DNA of 64,000 nt from Chloroflexota bacterium (GCA_027623675.1 JAQBVF010000003.1:1-64000), one strand, 5' to 3'. Positions 8,938-20,369 are shown, counted from the stretch's first letter. Numbers and translations: made by a program. Notes: a model not told the origin generated them from the letters alone.

Positions 8938-10221
8938 GTGACTTTTCTTAAAAGTGTCATAAACATTCCGCGCGGGGCACTGGCCATATTCGCCATGTTG
9001 GTTCTGGCCGCGGCGGTCGCTTGCGGCGGATCTGATCCTACTTCAGCTCCGGCAACCGCCGCGCCTGATTCTGGCGGTGGGTCCGGCTCGGGTAGCGGCT
9101 CCGCGGAAACCATCAAGGTCGGCGTCCTCCATTCCCTGTCTGGCACCATGGCGATCAGCGAGACGGCGGTACGCGATGCCACGCTGTTGGCGATTGACGA
9201 GATCAACGCCTCCGGCGGCGTGCTAGGCAAACAACTTGAACCCGTCGTGGAAGACGGCGCGTCCGATTGGCCGACCTTTGCTGAAAAAGCGCGGAAGTTG
9301 ATTCAATCTGACGATGTTGCCGTGGTCTTTGGAGGCTGGACCAGCGCGAGCCGAAAGGCCATGCTTCCCGTTTTCGAAGGTCTCAACGGTCTTCTGTTTT
9401 ACCCGGTCCAGTACGAAGGTTTGGAAGCATCGCCCAATATCTTCTACACCGGCGCAACGACGAACCAGCAGATAGTCCCAGCCGTGGAATCGTTGCTGGA
9501 AGACGGCAAGACCCGGTTCTTCCTGCTTGGCTCCGACTATGTTTTCCCCCGCACTTCCAATCTGATCATCAACGCTCAACTCAAGGCCGCCGGCCTAGAG
9601 GCGGTTGGTGAGGAGTACACACCTTTGGGCCACGTGGAATACTCCACCGTGATCAGCAAGATCATCGCCGCCGACCCGGACGTGGTGTTCAACACTTTGA
9701 ACGGTGACTCCAATGTGGCTTTCTTCAAGCAATTGAAGGACGCGGGTATCGGAGCAGAGGACATCGTCACCCTGTCGGTCAGTGTTGCCGAGGAAGAGAT
9801 CGTTGGCATCGGGGCCGAAAACATCAAGGACCACTTGGTCGCCTGGAACTATTTCCAGACCACCGATACGCCCGAAAACGAGAAATTCGTCGCGGCCTTT
9901 AAAGCCAAGTATGGTAGCGACCGTGTGACTGACGACCCGATTGAAGCCGGATATTTCGGGGTTTACCTCTGGGCCGCCGCCGCTGAGAAAGCCGGCAGCA
10001 CAGACGTCGCCGCCGTAAAGGCTGCCGCGCCCGGAATCTCCTTCCAAGCGCCAGGCGGATTGGTTACCATCAACGGCGATAACCAGCACGTTTCCAAGAC
10101 TGTTCGCGTTGGTAGAGCCCTTGGCGACGGACAGATCGAAGAGATATGGAACTCGGGTGGACCAGTTAGCCCTGACCCGTATCTGGAAACATACGAGTGG
10201 GCTTCCCAGTTCCACCGGTAA
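8938..10221 (+). CDS. urtA: urea ABC transporter substrate-binding lipoprotein
   Basis: Lipobox [59 protein letters not shown]. Confidence 0.95.
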   Translation: MTFLKSVINIPRGALAIFAMLVLAAAVACGGSDPTSAPATAAPDSGGGSGSGSGSAETIKVGVLHSLSGTMAISETAVRDATLLAIDEINASGGVLGKQLEPVVEDGASDWPTFAEKARKLIQSDDVAVVFGGWTSASRKAMLPVFEGLNGLLFYPVQYEGLEASPNIFYTGATTNQQIVPAVESLLEDGKTRFFLLGSDYVFPRTSNLIINAQLKAAGLEAVGEEYTPLGHVEYSTVISKIIAADPDVVFNTLNGDSNVAFFKQLKDAGIGAEDIVTLSVSVAEEEIVGIGAENIKDHLVAWNYFQTTDTPENEKFVAAFKAKYGSDRVTDDPIEAGYFGVYLWAAAAEKAGSTDVAAVKAAAPGISFQAPGGLVTINGDNQHVSKTVRVGRALGDGQIEEIWNSGGPVSPDPYLETYEWASQFHR

Positions 10222-10289
10222 CCAGCACTTGGTCCAGATATAGGTAAACGACTGTCCCTAAATAGCGTTGTTTACTATCTCGCAGGCGA

Positions 10290-10324
10290 ACGGAATGGTA
10301 CCCGGCTAACGGGTACCATTCCGT
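10290..10324 (+). terminator. perfect 15-bp intercistronic stem-loop between urtA and urtB
   Basis: ACGGAATGGTACCCG-GCTAA-CGGGTACCATTCCGT; no U-tract, so an mRNA-stabilising or partial terminator role is likely. Confidence 0.6.
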
Positions 10325-10435
10325 GCATCGGCTGCATTGGCAAGGAAGATCACTGGATGCTGCTGGCAGACCAGATCAGCCGGTTTCCGGACGGAATATC
10401 TTGAACGACGGACCGCTTAACATGGACATCCGGAA

Positions 10436-11341
10436 ATGACAGATCCAGCAACGTTTGCTCTGCTTTTATTCAACGGCCTAAGCATGGGTTCGATCCTGCT
10501 GCTGGTTGCTCTTGGCCTGGCCCTCTCTTTCGGTTTGATGAACATCATAAATCTCGCCCACGGCGAGTTTATTATGATTGGCGCCTACACCGCTTATTCC
10601 ATTCAGCAGTCAGCGATATCCCTCACCGGAGACGCGTCGCCCGCGATCACCTACCTAATCTCGATTCCGGCCTCCTTCCTGGTGGCCGGGATCATGGGTT
10701 TTGCGACTGAACGACTGATCATCAGACACCTTTATGGCCGTTCGCTGGACACGCTCCTGGCTACTTGGGGCGTCGGCCTCGCCCTGCAGCAACTGGCCCG
10801 AAGCATCTTCGGAGCGCCAAACGTACAGGTTGTTTCGCCGGGGTGGCTCGCAGGAAGCCTTCATGTCACGGATGTTTTAGTTTTCCCGATCAAACGGATC
10901 TTTATCATAGTATTGGCGTTCGTTTGCGTTGGGGGTCTCTTCTGGTACATGTACAAGACTCATTGGGGTCGCAGGACCAGGGCGGTGATGCAAAACCGGC
11001 AAATGGCCTCCAGCTTAGGCGTGGCCGCCAATCAGGTTGACGGTCTCACGTTTGCACTGGGTTCCGGTTTGGCCGGAGTTGCTGGTTGCACCCTAGCCCT
11101 GATCGGACCCATCGGCCCTTCGATGGGAACGTTCCACATCGTCGACGCATTCATGGTTGTTATTTTGGGGGGTATGGGGCAAATAACCGGCGCGATCGTC
11201 GCAGCCCTGACCATCGGGATGCTGAATAGCATCTTCGAATTCTCCACCAACGCGGTGCTGGGCAAAGTAATGGTATTTGCGATGATTATCTTGTTCCTGC
11301 AGTGGAAACCGAACGGTCTGATGCAGCTGAGTAAACGATAG
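10436..11341 (+). CDS. urtB: urea ABC transporter permease
   Basis: [54 protein letters not shown]. Confidence 0.92.
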   Translation: MTDPATFALLLFNGLSMGSILLLVALGLALSFGLMNIINLAHGEFIMIGAYTAYSIQQSAISLTGDASPAITYLISIPASFLVAGIMGFATERLIIRHLYGRSLDTLLATWGVGLALQQLARSIFGAPNVQVVSPGWLAGSLHVTDVLVFPIKRIFIIVLAFVCVGGLFWYMYKTHWGRRTRAVMQNRQMASSLGVAANQVDGLTFALGSGLAGVAGCTLALIGPIGPSMGTFHIVDAFMVVILGGMGQITGAIVAALTIGMLNSIFEFSTNAVLGKVMVFAMIILFLQWKPNGLMQLSKR

Positions 11342-11375
11342 ATCAAATGAGATATTCGCCCATCTCGGACTGTGT

Positions 11376-12509
11376 ATGTTAGACAGATTGATCGAGAATA
11401 TTCCAACCGGCGTCCGGACCCAGCTGATTCGTTTCGGTCCGCTACTGCTGCTCGCCATTTTCCTATTCGCGGCCCCGCTGGTGTTGTCTGACTTCCGTGT
11501 GAACCTCATCGGCAAGATCCTCACCTTTGCCATATTGGCTTTGTCACTGGACCTGATATGGGGTTACGCCGGGATGCTCAGTCTTGGTCACGGTGTTTTC
11601 TTTGGCCTGGGCGCCTACGCGTTCGCAATGTTCTTAAAGCTCGAGGCATCCGCAGGCAAGCTTCCGGATTTCATGTTCTGGAGTGGACTCGAAGAGTTGC
11701 CCTTTTTCTGGTCACCCTTCCAGCATGCCTGGTTCGCCCTCCCCATGGTAATCATCATGCCGGGCGTGCTGGCCGGCGCCATCGGCTACCTGGTCTTTAG
11801 AAGCCGCATCACCGGTGTTTACTTTGCGTTGATAACCCAGGCGTTGGCCTTGATGGTCAGCATCCTGTTCATCGGCCAACAAGCCTACACCGGCGGGACC
11901 AATGGACTGACCAATCTTACTGCGGTCTTCGGCCACTCGATCTACAGCACCAGTACCCAGCAGACCTTGTATTACATCACTGTGGTATCCCTTTTGGCCG
12001 CCTACCTGTTGTGTATGGGAATCGTGGCCTCGCCATTTGGACGGTTGCTGGTGGCGATCCGCGACGACGAGAACCGGGTGCGATTTTCGGGATATGACCC
12101 GGCGATAATCAAGTCGGTGATATTTTTTGTCTCGGCTAGCCTGGCCGGGATCGGTGGCGCTTTGTATGCCCCGCAGGTGGGTATCGTGTCTCCATCGATC
12201 ATGGGGATCGTCCCTTCGATCGAGGTGGCCGTGTGGGTGGCGATCGGCGGTCGAGGAACTCTGATCGGAGCGATAATCGGGGCGATCATCGTGAACTACG
12301 CCAAGAGTTTGCTCAGCGAATCCTTCCCGGATTTTTGGACTTATTTCTTGGCGGTATTATTCATCGGCGCCGTGCTATTGTTCCCCCGGGGTATCATCGG
12401 ACTATTGCGGCGGGAAGGATGGCACTGGCCCCAATGGGTAAGTGTCGCCCGCGCTCGGATCAGCTTCCTCACCAACTTCGCGAATACCATGAGGCGGACG
12501 GCCAGATAA
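11376..12509 (+). CDS. urtC: urea ABC transporter permease
   Basis: [54 protein letters not shown]. Confidence 0.92.
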   Translation: MLDRLIENIPTGVRTQLIRFGPLLLLAIFLFAAPLVLSDFRVNLIGKILTFAILALSLDLIWGYAGMLSLGHGVFFGLGAYAFAMFLKLEASAGKLPDFMFWSGLEELPFFWSPFQHAWFALPMVIIMPGVLAGAIGYLVFRSRITGVYFALITQALALMVSILFIGQQAYTGGTNGLTNLTAVFGHSIYSTSTQQTLYYITVVSLLAAYLLCMGIVASPFGRLLVAIRDDENRVRFSGYDPAIIKSVIFFVSASLAGIGGALYAPQVGIVSPSIMGIVPSIEVAVWVAIGGRGTLIGAIIGAIIVNYAKSLLSESFPDFWTYFLAVLFIGAVLLFPRGIIGLLRREGWHWPQWVSVARARISFLTNFANTMRRTAR

Positions 12510-13441
12510 TGGAACAGAATGGACATATTGGAGGAGCCGATATCAGCAACGGCCATCAGGACGACGGCACTCAAAATATCCTTTCCGTTTCTGACGTAAC
12601 CATCAGTTTCGATGGGTTCACGGTCTTGGACAATCTGGGATTTTTCATTAACCGGGGCGAGATGCGTTTTCTCATCGGCCCTAACGGCGCGGGAAAGACG
12701 ACCCTTCTTGACGTGATAACCGGTAAGTCAAAACCGGACCGTGGAATTGTCACATTTGATGGCGAAGTGAACCTGTCACGCCGCTCGGAACATGCCGTGG
12801 TGAAGCTTGGCATCAGCCGTAAATTCCAAGCACCGACAGTGTTCAACAGTTTGTCGATCCTCCAAAACCTGGAAACATCCGTCCGCTTTCGAAATCGGGT
12901 CATCGGGATGTTCAGATCGCTTTCGGCCACACAATCACAGATCGTTCAACAAACGTTGGAACTGATCGGGTTTGAGGGCCGCGCTCATCGGAATGCTGGG
13001 GTGCTATCCCACGGGGAGCGTCAATGGCTGGAGATTGGGATGCTGTTGGTACAGGAACCCAAACTGCTGCTGCTCGATGAACCGGTGGCGGGCATGACCC
13101 GGCGAGAACGTGATCGGACCGGGGAATTACTCCAAGAGATCGCCAGAGAAAGGTCTGTTCTAGTTGTCGAGCACGACATGGAATTCGTCCGGCGGTTCGC
13201 CAAAACGGTGACTGTACTGCATCAGGGAAAGGTCTTGAGCGAAGGAACCATGGACATGGTCCAGCAAGACCCCAAAGTAGTCCATGCTTATCTGGGTCGC
13301 AGCAGAGAAGCATCGCGGCACGCAGTCCCAGCAGGTCATAAGCTATCCGCAAATGGATCTGGGGCGTTGGAGCCTGAGGGATCACCGGTGTGGGGGAACC
13401 AGCAAAACCTGGTGAAAGATGAGCGGAATGCTGTCAATTAG
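12509..13441 (+). CDS. urtD: urea ABC transporter ATP-binding protein
   Basis: GPNGAGKTT, LSHGERQWLEIGMLL, LLLDEPVAGM; ATG 12509 overlaps the urtC stop (TAATG). Confidence 0.92.
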   Translation: MEQNGHIGGADISNGHQDDGTQNILSVSDVTISFDGFTVLDNLGFFINRGEMRFLIGPNGAGKTTLLDVITGKSKPDRGIVTFDGEVNLSRRSEHAVVKLGISRKFQAPTVFNSLSILQNLETSVRFRNRVIGMFRSLSATQSQIVQQTLELIGFEGRAHRNAGVLSHGERQWLEIGMLLVQEPKLLLLDEPVAGMTRRERDRTGELLQEIARERSVLVVEHDMEFVRRFAKTVTVLHQGKVLSEGTMDMVQQDPKVVHAYLGRSREASRHAVPAGHKLSANGSGALEPEGSPVWGNQQNLVKDERNAVN

Positions 13442-14129
13442 CGGTCTGTCCGCCGGATATGGCCAAAGCACGATCCTCAAGGAGGTTAACATTGACCTCC
13501 TTTCGGGTCAGGCTATCTGTCTGATCGGGCGAAACGGAGTGGGTAAGACCACGCTGCTCAAGACAATCATGGGACACATTCGGCCCAACTTGGGAAAGAT
13601 CGTCCTAGAAGACAATGACGTGACCACCTGGGCAGCCAACAGGCGGGCTGTCGCCGGTATCGGTTACGTTCCTCAGGGTCGGGAGATATTCCCGTTTCTG
13701 ACCGTACACGAGAACTTGCTGATGGGGCTTGAAGCTCTGCCAAAGAGACAGCGTTCTATCGACGCCCTTGACGGGATGTACGATAAGTTTCCGGCCCTTA
13801 AGACATTTCGCACCAAGGCAGCAGGAACCCTCAGCGGCGGGCAGCAGCAACAGTTGGCCCTGGCCAGGGTCCTGGTCCGGAAACCCAAAGTATTATTACT
13901 AGACGAACCCACGGAGGGTTTGCAGCCCAACATAGTCCAAGAGATCGAGGACCTTCTCCACGGTATCCGCGATTCGCATGAAACTTCGATATTGCTGGTG
14001 GAGCAATTCTTAGACTTTGCCATGAGTGTCGCTGATCACTGCTACGTGATGGAAAACGGCGAGATTGTTTTGGAAGGTCAATCCAAAGACCTCGACCGAA
14101 CGTTGGTCAGAGAATATCTGGCTGTCTAA
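13419..14129 (+). CDS. urtE: urea ABC transporter ATP-binding protein
   Basis: GRNGVGKTT, YVPQGREIFP, LSGGQQQQL, LDEPTEG, LLVEQFLDFA. Confidence 0.92.
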   Translation: MSGMLSISGLSAGYGQSTILKEVNIDLLSGQAICLIGRNGVGKTTLLKTIMGHIRPNLGKIVLEDNDVTTWAANRRAVAGIGYVPQGREIFPFLTVHENLLMGLEALPKRQRSIDALDGMYDKFPALKTFRTKAAGTLSGGQQQQLALARVLVRKPKVLLLDEPTEGLQPNIVQEIEDLLHGIRDSHETSILLVEQFLDFAMSVADHCYVMENGEIVLEGQSKDLDRTLVREYLAV

Positions 14130-14195
14130 ATCTTCAACTAAGATTAACTGATTGACGTCCACTCTCAGTATTTATATCAATCAACCGATTAAAGC

Positions 14196-15548
14196 ATGAG
14201 GGATTACAAAATGGTTTCACGGAACGCCGAGGAAATAGCATTCGTGGTGCAGGCCGCCAGCGAAGCCGACGTCAAATTTGTTCGTTTATGGTTTCCGGAT
14301 ATTCTGGGGCAGCTGAAAGGGTTCGCGATCGGAGTAGACGACCTGGAGGACTCCATCCTTCACGGGGTGGGTTTCGATGGGTCGGCGATCGAAGGTTTCG
14401 CCAGGATACAAGAGAGCGATATGCGTGCCTTCCCCGATCCAACGACTTTTACATTGCTGCCGTGGCGACCGCAGCAGAACGCCGTCGCCAGGATGTTCTG
14501 CGACATCCGTGGCCCCCGGGGCGAGGTCTTCAGCGGCGACCCGCGACTCGCTTTGAAGCGCAATCTGGAAAAAGTGGCCCGGTTGGGCTACACCTACTAT
14601 GTGGGAACCGAGTTGGAATTCTTCTATCTCAAGAATTCCATCAACCCTGAACCTCTGGACAACAGCGGCTACTTCGACCAACTCTCAGGCCAACTGGCCA
14701 GCGACCTCCGCCGGGACACGGTGCTGAACCTCTCTGAGATGGGCGTGCCGGTTAAATACTCCCATCACGAGGCGGCACCCAGCCAACATGAGATTGACCT
14801 ACAGTACACCGGCGCGCTGGCTATGGCTGACAGCGTGATTACGGCCAAACTGTTGATTAAAGAGTTAGCGCAATCACGGGACGTATACGCAACTTTCATG
14901 CCCAAACCCCTCGCCGGCGTGAACGGGTCGGGCATGCACACGCATCAGTCGTTATTCAAAGGCGACAACAACGTTTTCTATGACGGGGACGACGAGCATT
15001 ACCTGTCTGATATCGGGAAGAAATTTATCTCAGGTCTGCTGTATCACGCGCCCGAGATCACGTTGGTGACGAACCAATGGATCAATTCGTACAAGCGCCT
15101 GATACCGGGGTTTGAGGCGCCGGTTTATGCGTCTTGGGCGCATGTTAACCGGTCTGACCTGATCAGGGTCCCCGCCTATAAGCCAGGATATGAAAGCTCG
15201 ATGCGCATCGAGTACCGGGCGCCCGACCCGGCCTGCAATCCCTACCTGGCATTCAGCGTCATGTTGGCCGCCGGCATGAAGGGAATCGAAGAAGATTACC
15301 CGATACAACAACAGGTGGTCGGCAACGTTGCTGAAATGACCGAGGAGCGGCGTCAGTCATTGGGCATCAAGACGCTGCCGAGCAGCCTGGGTGAAGCGAT
15401 CGCATTGGCGGAGGACAGTGAACTGCTCGAGGAAGCGCTGGGTTCCCACATCCACCGCAGTTTCATAGAGAATAAGAAGATCGAGTGGCGAGAGTACCGG
15501 GCGACGATCACCGACTATGAGATCAACCGTTACCTTTCGGTCCTGTGA
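14196..15548 (+). CDS. glnA: type I glutamine synthetase (GSI-alpha-like)
   Basis: FDGSAIEGF, ELEFF, GYFD, HHEAAPSQHEI, ATFMPKP..GSGMHTHQS, NSYKRLIPGFEAP, RIEYRAPDPACNPYL. Start may be ATG 14211. Confidence 0.92.
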   Translation: MRDYKMVSRNAEEIAFVVQAASEADVKFVRLWFPDILGQLKGFAIGVDDLEDSILHGVGFDGSAIEGFARIQESDMRAFPDPTTFTLLPWRPQQNAVARMFCDIRGPRGEVFSGDPRLALKRNLEKVARLGYTYYVGTELEFFYLKNSINPEPLDNSGYFDQLSGQLASDLRRDTVLNLSEMGVPVKYSHHEAAPSQHEIDLQYTGALAMADSVITAKLLIKELAQSRDVYATFMPKPLAGVNGSGMHTHQSLFKGDNNVFYDGDDEHYLSDIGKKFISGLLYHAPEITLVTNQWINSYKRLIPGFEAPVYASWAHVNRSDLIRVPAYKPGYESSMRIEYRAPDPACNPYLAFSVMLAAGMKGIEEDYPIQQQVVGNVAEMTEERRQSLGIKTLPSSLGEAIALAEDSELLEEALGSHIHRSFIENKKIEWREYRATITDYEINRYLSVL

Positions 15549-15599
15549 ACGAGGGGTACACCTTTTGGAACGCGAGTCTGGAAAAAACAGGAATTGCAG

Positions 15600-15974
15600 A
15601 TGATACCAGGCGAGATCGTATTGGCCGATACCCTGATTATTGCTAATGAAGGGCGTTTAACCGTGGAGCTAACGGTCGCAAACACGGGAGACCGGCCGAT
15701 TCAAGTGGGGTCGCATTTCCACTTTTTCGAAGTGAACCGTGCGTTGCGGTTCGATCGAAAACCCGCGTTCGGCATGCGCTTGAATATCCCGGCAGGTACG
15801 GCGACCCGCTTCGAGCCGGGTGATGACAAGCTTGTGACCCTGGTTGAACTTGGCGGCCGCAAAGAAGTGTACGGGCTCAACTCCCTAACAGATGGTCCAA
15901 CAACCGGGGAAACGGCCCGAGCCGCCGCGGTGGCGAAAGCCAAGGCCGCAGGTTTCTCGGTGGACGCGCGATGA
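15600..15974 (+). CDS. ureB: urease beta subunit
   Basis: [42 protein letters not shown]. Confidence 0.95.
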   Translation: MIPGEIVLADTLIIANEGRLTVELTVANTGDRPIQVGSHFHFFEVNRALRFDRKPAFGMRLNIPAGTATRFEPGDDKLVTLVELGGRKEVYGLNSLTDGPTTGETARAAAVAKAKAAGFSVDAR

Positions 15975-17689
15975 GCCTGGGAATACCTCGCCGGCAATAT
16001 TCCGACCTGTTTGGTCCGACCACCGGTGACCGTATCCGGCTGGCCGACACCAGTCTGTTCATCGAGATCGAAGAAGACTTAACTGCCCACGGAGATGAGA
16101 GCAAGTTTGGCGGCGGGAAGGTCTTGCGAGACGGCATGGGGCAATCATCTTGGGCGGCCCGGTCCGATGGGGTTCTCGACACGGTCGTGACCAACGCGGT
16201 GATTCTTGACCACTGGGGAATCATCAAAGCCGACGTGGGAATCCGCGACGGGCGAATCATCGCCATAGGCAGGGCCGGCAATCCTGACATCATGAATGAC
16301 ATATCCCCCAACATGGTTGTGGGGGCGGGGACGGAGGTCATCGCCGGCGAAGGAATGATCCTTACCCCTGGTGGGATCGATCCTCACGTCCATTTCATCT
16401 GCCCGCAACTGGCCTGGGAGGCTTTGGCGTCCGGGGTGACTACCCTGATCGGCGGGGGCACCGGACCAGCCACCGGGACCAAAGCGACGACGTGTACGCC
16501 CGGTGTTTGGAACATTCACCGGATGCTGGAGGCCGCGGAAGAGATTCCGATCAATCTTGGTTTCTTGGGTAAGGGCAACGCGTCTTATCAAGAACCCCTC
16601 GCAGAGCAGATTCTTGCCGGGGCAATGGGCCTGAAACTTCATGAAGACTGGGGCACCACCCCGGCGGCGATAGACTCGGCTTTGACTGCCGCCGAGTTGT
16701 ACGACGTTTCGGTGGCCATCCACTCGGACACGCTGAACGAGGCTGGCTATCTGGAAGATACCATCCGGGCTTTCAAAGGCCGGACGATCCATACCTACCA
16801 TACGGAAGGCGCTGGCGGTGGCCATGCACCCGATATCATCCGCGTGTGCGGTGAGGCCAACTGCCTGCCGTCGTCGACCAACCCCACCATGCCGTTCACC
16901 GTTAACACCATGGATGAGCACTTGGATATGCTCATGGTCTGTCACCATCTGAACGCGAGCGTGCCCGAAGACCTGGCTTTCGCCGAGTCACGGATCAGGG
17001 CCGAAACCATTGCCGCCGAAGACATCCTGCAGGACATGGGTGCGATCAGCATGATGTCGTCTGATTCCCAGGCGATGGGCCGAGTGGGCGAAGTTATCCT
17101 CCGTACTTGGCAGACAGCCGACAAGATGAAGGTCCAGCGGGGTCCTTTGGCCGGAGAAAAACCTGGGAACGACAATCTACGCGCTCGTCGTTACATCGCC
17201 AAATATGCCATTAACCCCGCCATAGCCAATGGCTTTGCCGATGAAGTTGGGTCTATCGAAGTCAACAAATTGGCAGACATGGTGCTTTGGCGGCCGGCAT
17301 TCTTCGGAGTAAAGCCGGAACTAGTGATCAAGGGCGGGTTTATCGCCGGGGCCGCCATGGGTGACCCTAACGCCTCGATCCCCACTCCACAGCCCGTGAT
17401 TTTCCGTCCGATGTTTGGAGCGATGGGCCGGGCGCGTTACACAACTTCCGTAACATTCCTGTCCGCCGCGGCGATAGAGGCTGGCGTACCCCAAAGTTTG
17501 GGCCTGCAGAAACGGACCGTGGCCGTTCATAACTGCAATAACTTAACCAAGGCCGACATGGTTAATAATGACGCCTTACCGAAGATCGAGGTTGATCCCG
17601 ACACCTATGAGGTGCGCGCCGACGGCGAATTGCTAAAGTGCGAACCAGCCGAGACCTTGCCGATGGCCCAGCGTTATTTTTTGTTCTGA
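15971..17689 (+). CDS. ureC: urease alpha subunit
   Basis: [72 protein letters not shown] overlap with ureB. Confidence 0.97.
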   Translation: MSLGIPRRQYSDLFGPTTGDRIRLADTSLFIEIEEDLTAHGDESKFGGGKVLRDGMGQSSWAARSDGVLDTVVTNAVILDHWGIIKADVGIRDGRIIAIGRAGNPDIMNDISPNMVVGAGTEVIAGEGMILTPGGIDPHVHFICPQLAWEALASGVTTLIGGGTGPATGTKATTCTPGVWNIHRMLEAAEEIPINLGFLGKGNASYQEPLAEQILAGAMGLKLHEDWGTTPAAIDSALTAAELYDVSVAIHSDTLNEAGYLEDTIRAFKGRTIHTYHTEGAGGGHAPDIIRVCGEANCLPSSTNPTMPFTVNTMDEHLDMLMVCHHLNASVPEDLAFAESRIRAETIAAEDILQDMGAISMMSSDSQAMGRVGEVILRTWQTADKMKVQRGPLAGEKPGNDNLRARRYIAKYAINPAIANGFADEVGSIEVNKLADMVLWRPAFFGVKPELVIKGGFIAGAAMGDPNASIPTPQPVIFRPMFGAMGRARYTTSVTFLSAAAIEAGVPQSLGLQKRTVAVHNCNNLTKADMVNNDALPKIEVDPDTYEVRADGELLKCEPAETLPMAQRYFLF

Positions 17690-17707
17690 TCGGCTGATTC
17701 GAATCAA

Positions 17708-18421
17708 TTGAAACGGAGCAGTATCTTGGACCGAGAAGTTGCAAGTCATGTCAGCCTGCTCCAGTTTGCCGACTCGCTCTTTCCCATCGGCGGACAGGCC
17801 CATTCTTTCGGGCTTGAATACTATGTTGACCAGGGTTTGGTAACCGGCGCGAATGGCGTTCAAGAATTATTGGTCTCCCACCTGAGCGGCCGGGCTGGGC
17901 CTTGTGATGCCGTGGCCGTGGTGGTTGCCGAGCGCCTGGCACGTAAGAATGACCTGGCGGGATCTATCTCATTGGACCGAGATATGGACGCCCAGAATCA
18001 TGTTAAAGAGTCCCGGAATGCCAGCCATCAGATGGGCCACCAGACGGCCCGTCTGGCGAGCGCTCTGACCAAAGACCCGTTCATCAACTCGTACCTAGAC
18101 GCTGTCGAGTCGTCGGATACGCCAGGAAATCACTCCGTTGCTTTCGGCCTCTGCGGTGGGGTGATCGGCTGGAGCCCCGAGCAGACAGCATCGGCGTTTT
18201 TGTTCTCAACGGCCAGTCAGATGGTGGGAGCGGCGACGCGGCTGGTGCCCATCGGTCAGTTGGACGCTCAGAAGATACTGTGGGCGGTTGGTCCGCTGAT
18301 CTCCGAATTGTCAGCCGGAGTTATAGACAAGGCTCGCGACGATATCTGGAGTTTCAGTCCTGGACTAGAGATCGCGGGTATGCGGCACGCCGGTCTGGAA
18401 CAACGGCTATTTCGCTCCTGA
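17708..18421 (+). CDS. ureF: urease accessory protein
   Basis: LLQFADSLFPIGGQAHSFGLE and C-terminal HAGLEQRLFRS. Confidence 0.92.
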   Translation: MKRSSILDREVASHVSLLQFADSLFPIGGQAHSFGLEYYVDQGLVTGANGVQELLVSHLSGRAGPCDAVAVVVAERLARKNDLAGSISLDRDMDAQNHVKESRNASHQMGHQTARLASALTKDPFINSYLDAVESSDTPGNHSVAFGLCGGVIGWSPEQTASAFLFSTASQMVGAATRLVPIGQLDAQKILWAVGPLISELSAGVIDKARDDIWSFSPGLEIAGMRHAGLEQRLFRS

Positions 18422-18480
18422 CGGGGGCTTAAGATTCGGCCGAACGATCACCGGCAAGCGAGTCTTTGATCGAGGTGGAT

Positions 18481-19101
18481 ATGGCACAAAAACCAACAGT
18501 CATTGGGATCGGCGGCCCGGTTGGCTCCGGAAAAACAGCTTTGGTGGAGGCGTTGTGCCGCAAGTTAAGTGATGAGCATGAGATGGCTGTCATTACCAAC
18601 GATATCTACACCAAGGAAGACGCAGAATTCTTGGTCCGTAGAGGGGTCCTGCCAACCGGGCGGGTAATGGGCGTCGAGACCGGGTCTTGCCCCCACTCGG
18701 CGATACGGGAGGATGCGTCGGTCAACCTTGAAGCCATACGTGAATTGAACCGCCGGTTCCCCAACTTAGAGTTGATCCTGCTTGAAAGCGGAGGGGACAA
18801 CTTATCTGCCACATTCAGCCCTGAATTGGTCGACTCCGCGATCTACGTGATCGACGTGGCCGGCGGCGAAAAGATCCCGAGAAAAGGCGGCCCGGCCATA
18901 ACCCGTTCGGAACTTTTGATAATCAATAAGACCGACCTGGCATCGCAGGTAGGCGCGGACCTGGGAATCATGGAAACCGATACGATTCGGGTCAGGGAAG
19001 GCCGCCCATTTTATTTCACGAACCTCCGTGACGCCGAAGGTATTGGCGCCGTATCAGACTGGGTGCTGGAACGGTTAACTACTAGGATGACAAGCGGTTG
19101 A
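18481..19101 (+). CDS. ureG: urease accessory GTPase
   Basis: [48 protein letters not shown]. Confidence 0.95.
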   Translation: MAQKPTVIGIGGPVGSGKTALVEALCRKLSDEHEMAVITNDIYTKEDAEFLVRRGVLPTGRVMGVETGSCPHSAIREDASVNLEAIRELNRRFPNLELILLESGGDNLSATFSPELVDSAIYVIDVAGGEKIPRKGGPAITRSELLIINKTDLASQVGADLGIMETDTIRVREGRPFYFTNLRDAEGIGAVSDWVLERLTTRMTSG

Positions 19102-19138
19102 TCCGCTTCGTTCTACGGCGCCGAGCGACGATTAAATC

Positions 19139-19957
19139 ATGAATGGCAGTATGAGCTTGGGCTTTGAGAGCCGTGGACCCAAAACCGTGATGACGCACAG
19201 CCGTTCAACCTCGCCGCTGAAAATATCGAACCCGATATATCTAGACGACAGCGACGCGCTTTGCGCCATGTTTCTAAACCCATCCGGAGGGCTGCTCGGG
19301 GGTGATCGCCTCATTACGGATATCAATCTGGCCGAGAACGCCCATGTTGTGTTTACGACTCCTTCAGCCAGCAAGGTATACCGGACGAACGCGGACCCCG
19401 CCTCACATCGGACTACCGTTCATGTAGAAGAAGGGGGGGTGTTGGAATACATACCGGACCATGTTATTCCCCACCCTGGGTCGTCCTTCAGCCAGTCCCT
19501 AACTGTGAATCTTGAGGCAGGAAGCCGGGCAATCATCTTTGATGGATTTTCTGTGGGACGCATCGCCCGGAATGAGAAATGGCGCTTCAAGGAATTCAAC
19601 ACCGAGCTTGAGGTTAATCTTCGCGACAGAGCGGTTTTCCGCGATCGAATCAAGATTCAACCGGATAACTGGACCCCGTCACAGCTCGGAGGATCGGAGT
19701 CCGCTAATTACGTGGCCACAATGGTGGTCTACGCTGATGTTGATCTAGATTGGCAAGAAATGGCTGATGGTTTTACTCGAGTGGTTTCAGACGATCGTGA
19801 TTCGGTCGGAGCGGCTTCAACTCTTTCCGATGGCGGATGCCTCGTCCGTTATTACACCGTGTCAGCCCACGGTCTAAACAAGGTCACCAGTAGGTTATGG
19901 GCGATGGCCAGACGCTCCCTCTTAGATAGACCCGCTTTAGAGTTAAGAAAATGGTAG
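19139..19957 (+). CDS. ureD: urease accessory protein
   Basis: NPSGGLLGGD, TTPSASKVYR, LEYIPDHVIP; located after ureG. Confidence 0.9.
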   Translation: MNGSMSLGFESRGPKTVMTHSRSTSPLKISNPIYLDDSDALCAMFLNPSGGLLGGDRLITDINLAENAHVVFTTPSASKVYRTNADPASHRTTVHVEEGGVLEYIPDHVIPHPGSSFSQSLTVNLEAGSRAIIFDGFSVGRIARNEKWRFKEFNTELEVNLRDRAVFRDRIKIQPDNWTPSQLGGSESANYVATMVVYADVDLDWQEMADGFTRVVSDDRDSVGAASTLSDGGCLVRYYTVSAHGLNKVTSRLWAMARRSLLDRPALELRKW

Positions 19958-20155
19958 CTCTCACTCTGGGCAAAACGCTGATCCATGACACACCGATCGG
20001 CTAATGTTTGAGCCAATTGAGGGAATCGAGATGGAGCCGGTTTTTCGGACGGGTGGCCCAGTGAGGGCTTCGTTCGTTACATAGCAACGAATAGGAACAG
20101 GCGTTGTGGTGAACAAGGAGTGGGGAGGCGGGGAAGGGTTGATTGGCGGGATAAA

Positions 20156-20222
20156 GTGACCCATCGCGGGGTCGAATCAAGAACCTACTGGTTGAGCGTC
20201 AGTTTCTGTGCTTGATGGCCTT
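20156..20222 (-). pseudogene. decayed tRNA-like remnant (resembles tRNA-Lys)
   Basis: Minus strand ..GGCCATCAAGCACAG-AAACTGACGCTCAACCAGTAGGTTCTTGATTCGACCCCGCGATGGGTCAC. The anticodon arm, TTCGA T-loop and acceptor 3' strand are recognisable but mutated; there is no CCA. Confidence 0.45.
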
Positions 20223-20294
20223 GTAGTTTTTTATCTGAAGTGGGTTGTGATTTTCCGAAGGAAATCACGATTCAGAAGTATTTCGTAGAGAAAA

Positions 20295-20369
20295 TGGTCG
20301 GGGTGAGAGGATTTGAACCTCCGGCCTCTACGTCCCGAACGTAGCGCGCTACCCCTGCGCTACACCCCG
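20295..20369 (-). tRNA. tRNA-Pro(CGG)
   Basis: CGGGGTGTAGCGCAGGGGTAGCGCGCTACGTTCGGGACGTAGAGGCCGGAGGTTCAAATCCTCTCACCCCGACCA forms a full cloverleaf with encoded CCA; TATAAT upstream (20439-20444). Confidence 0.97.

Noticed and set aside
12233..12508. Long N-terminal extensions in the ORF track (urtD; also ureA, proB, mutM, thiD, amidohydrolase, sbcC)
   Set aside because: They overlap upstream genes or promoters; downstream starts match family N-termini or stop-start coupling.
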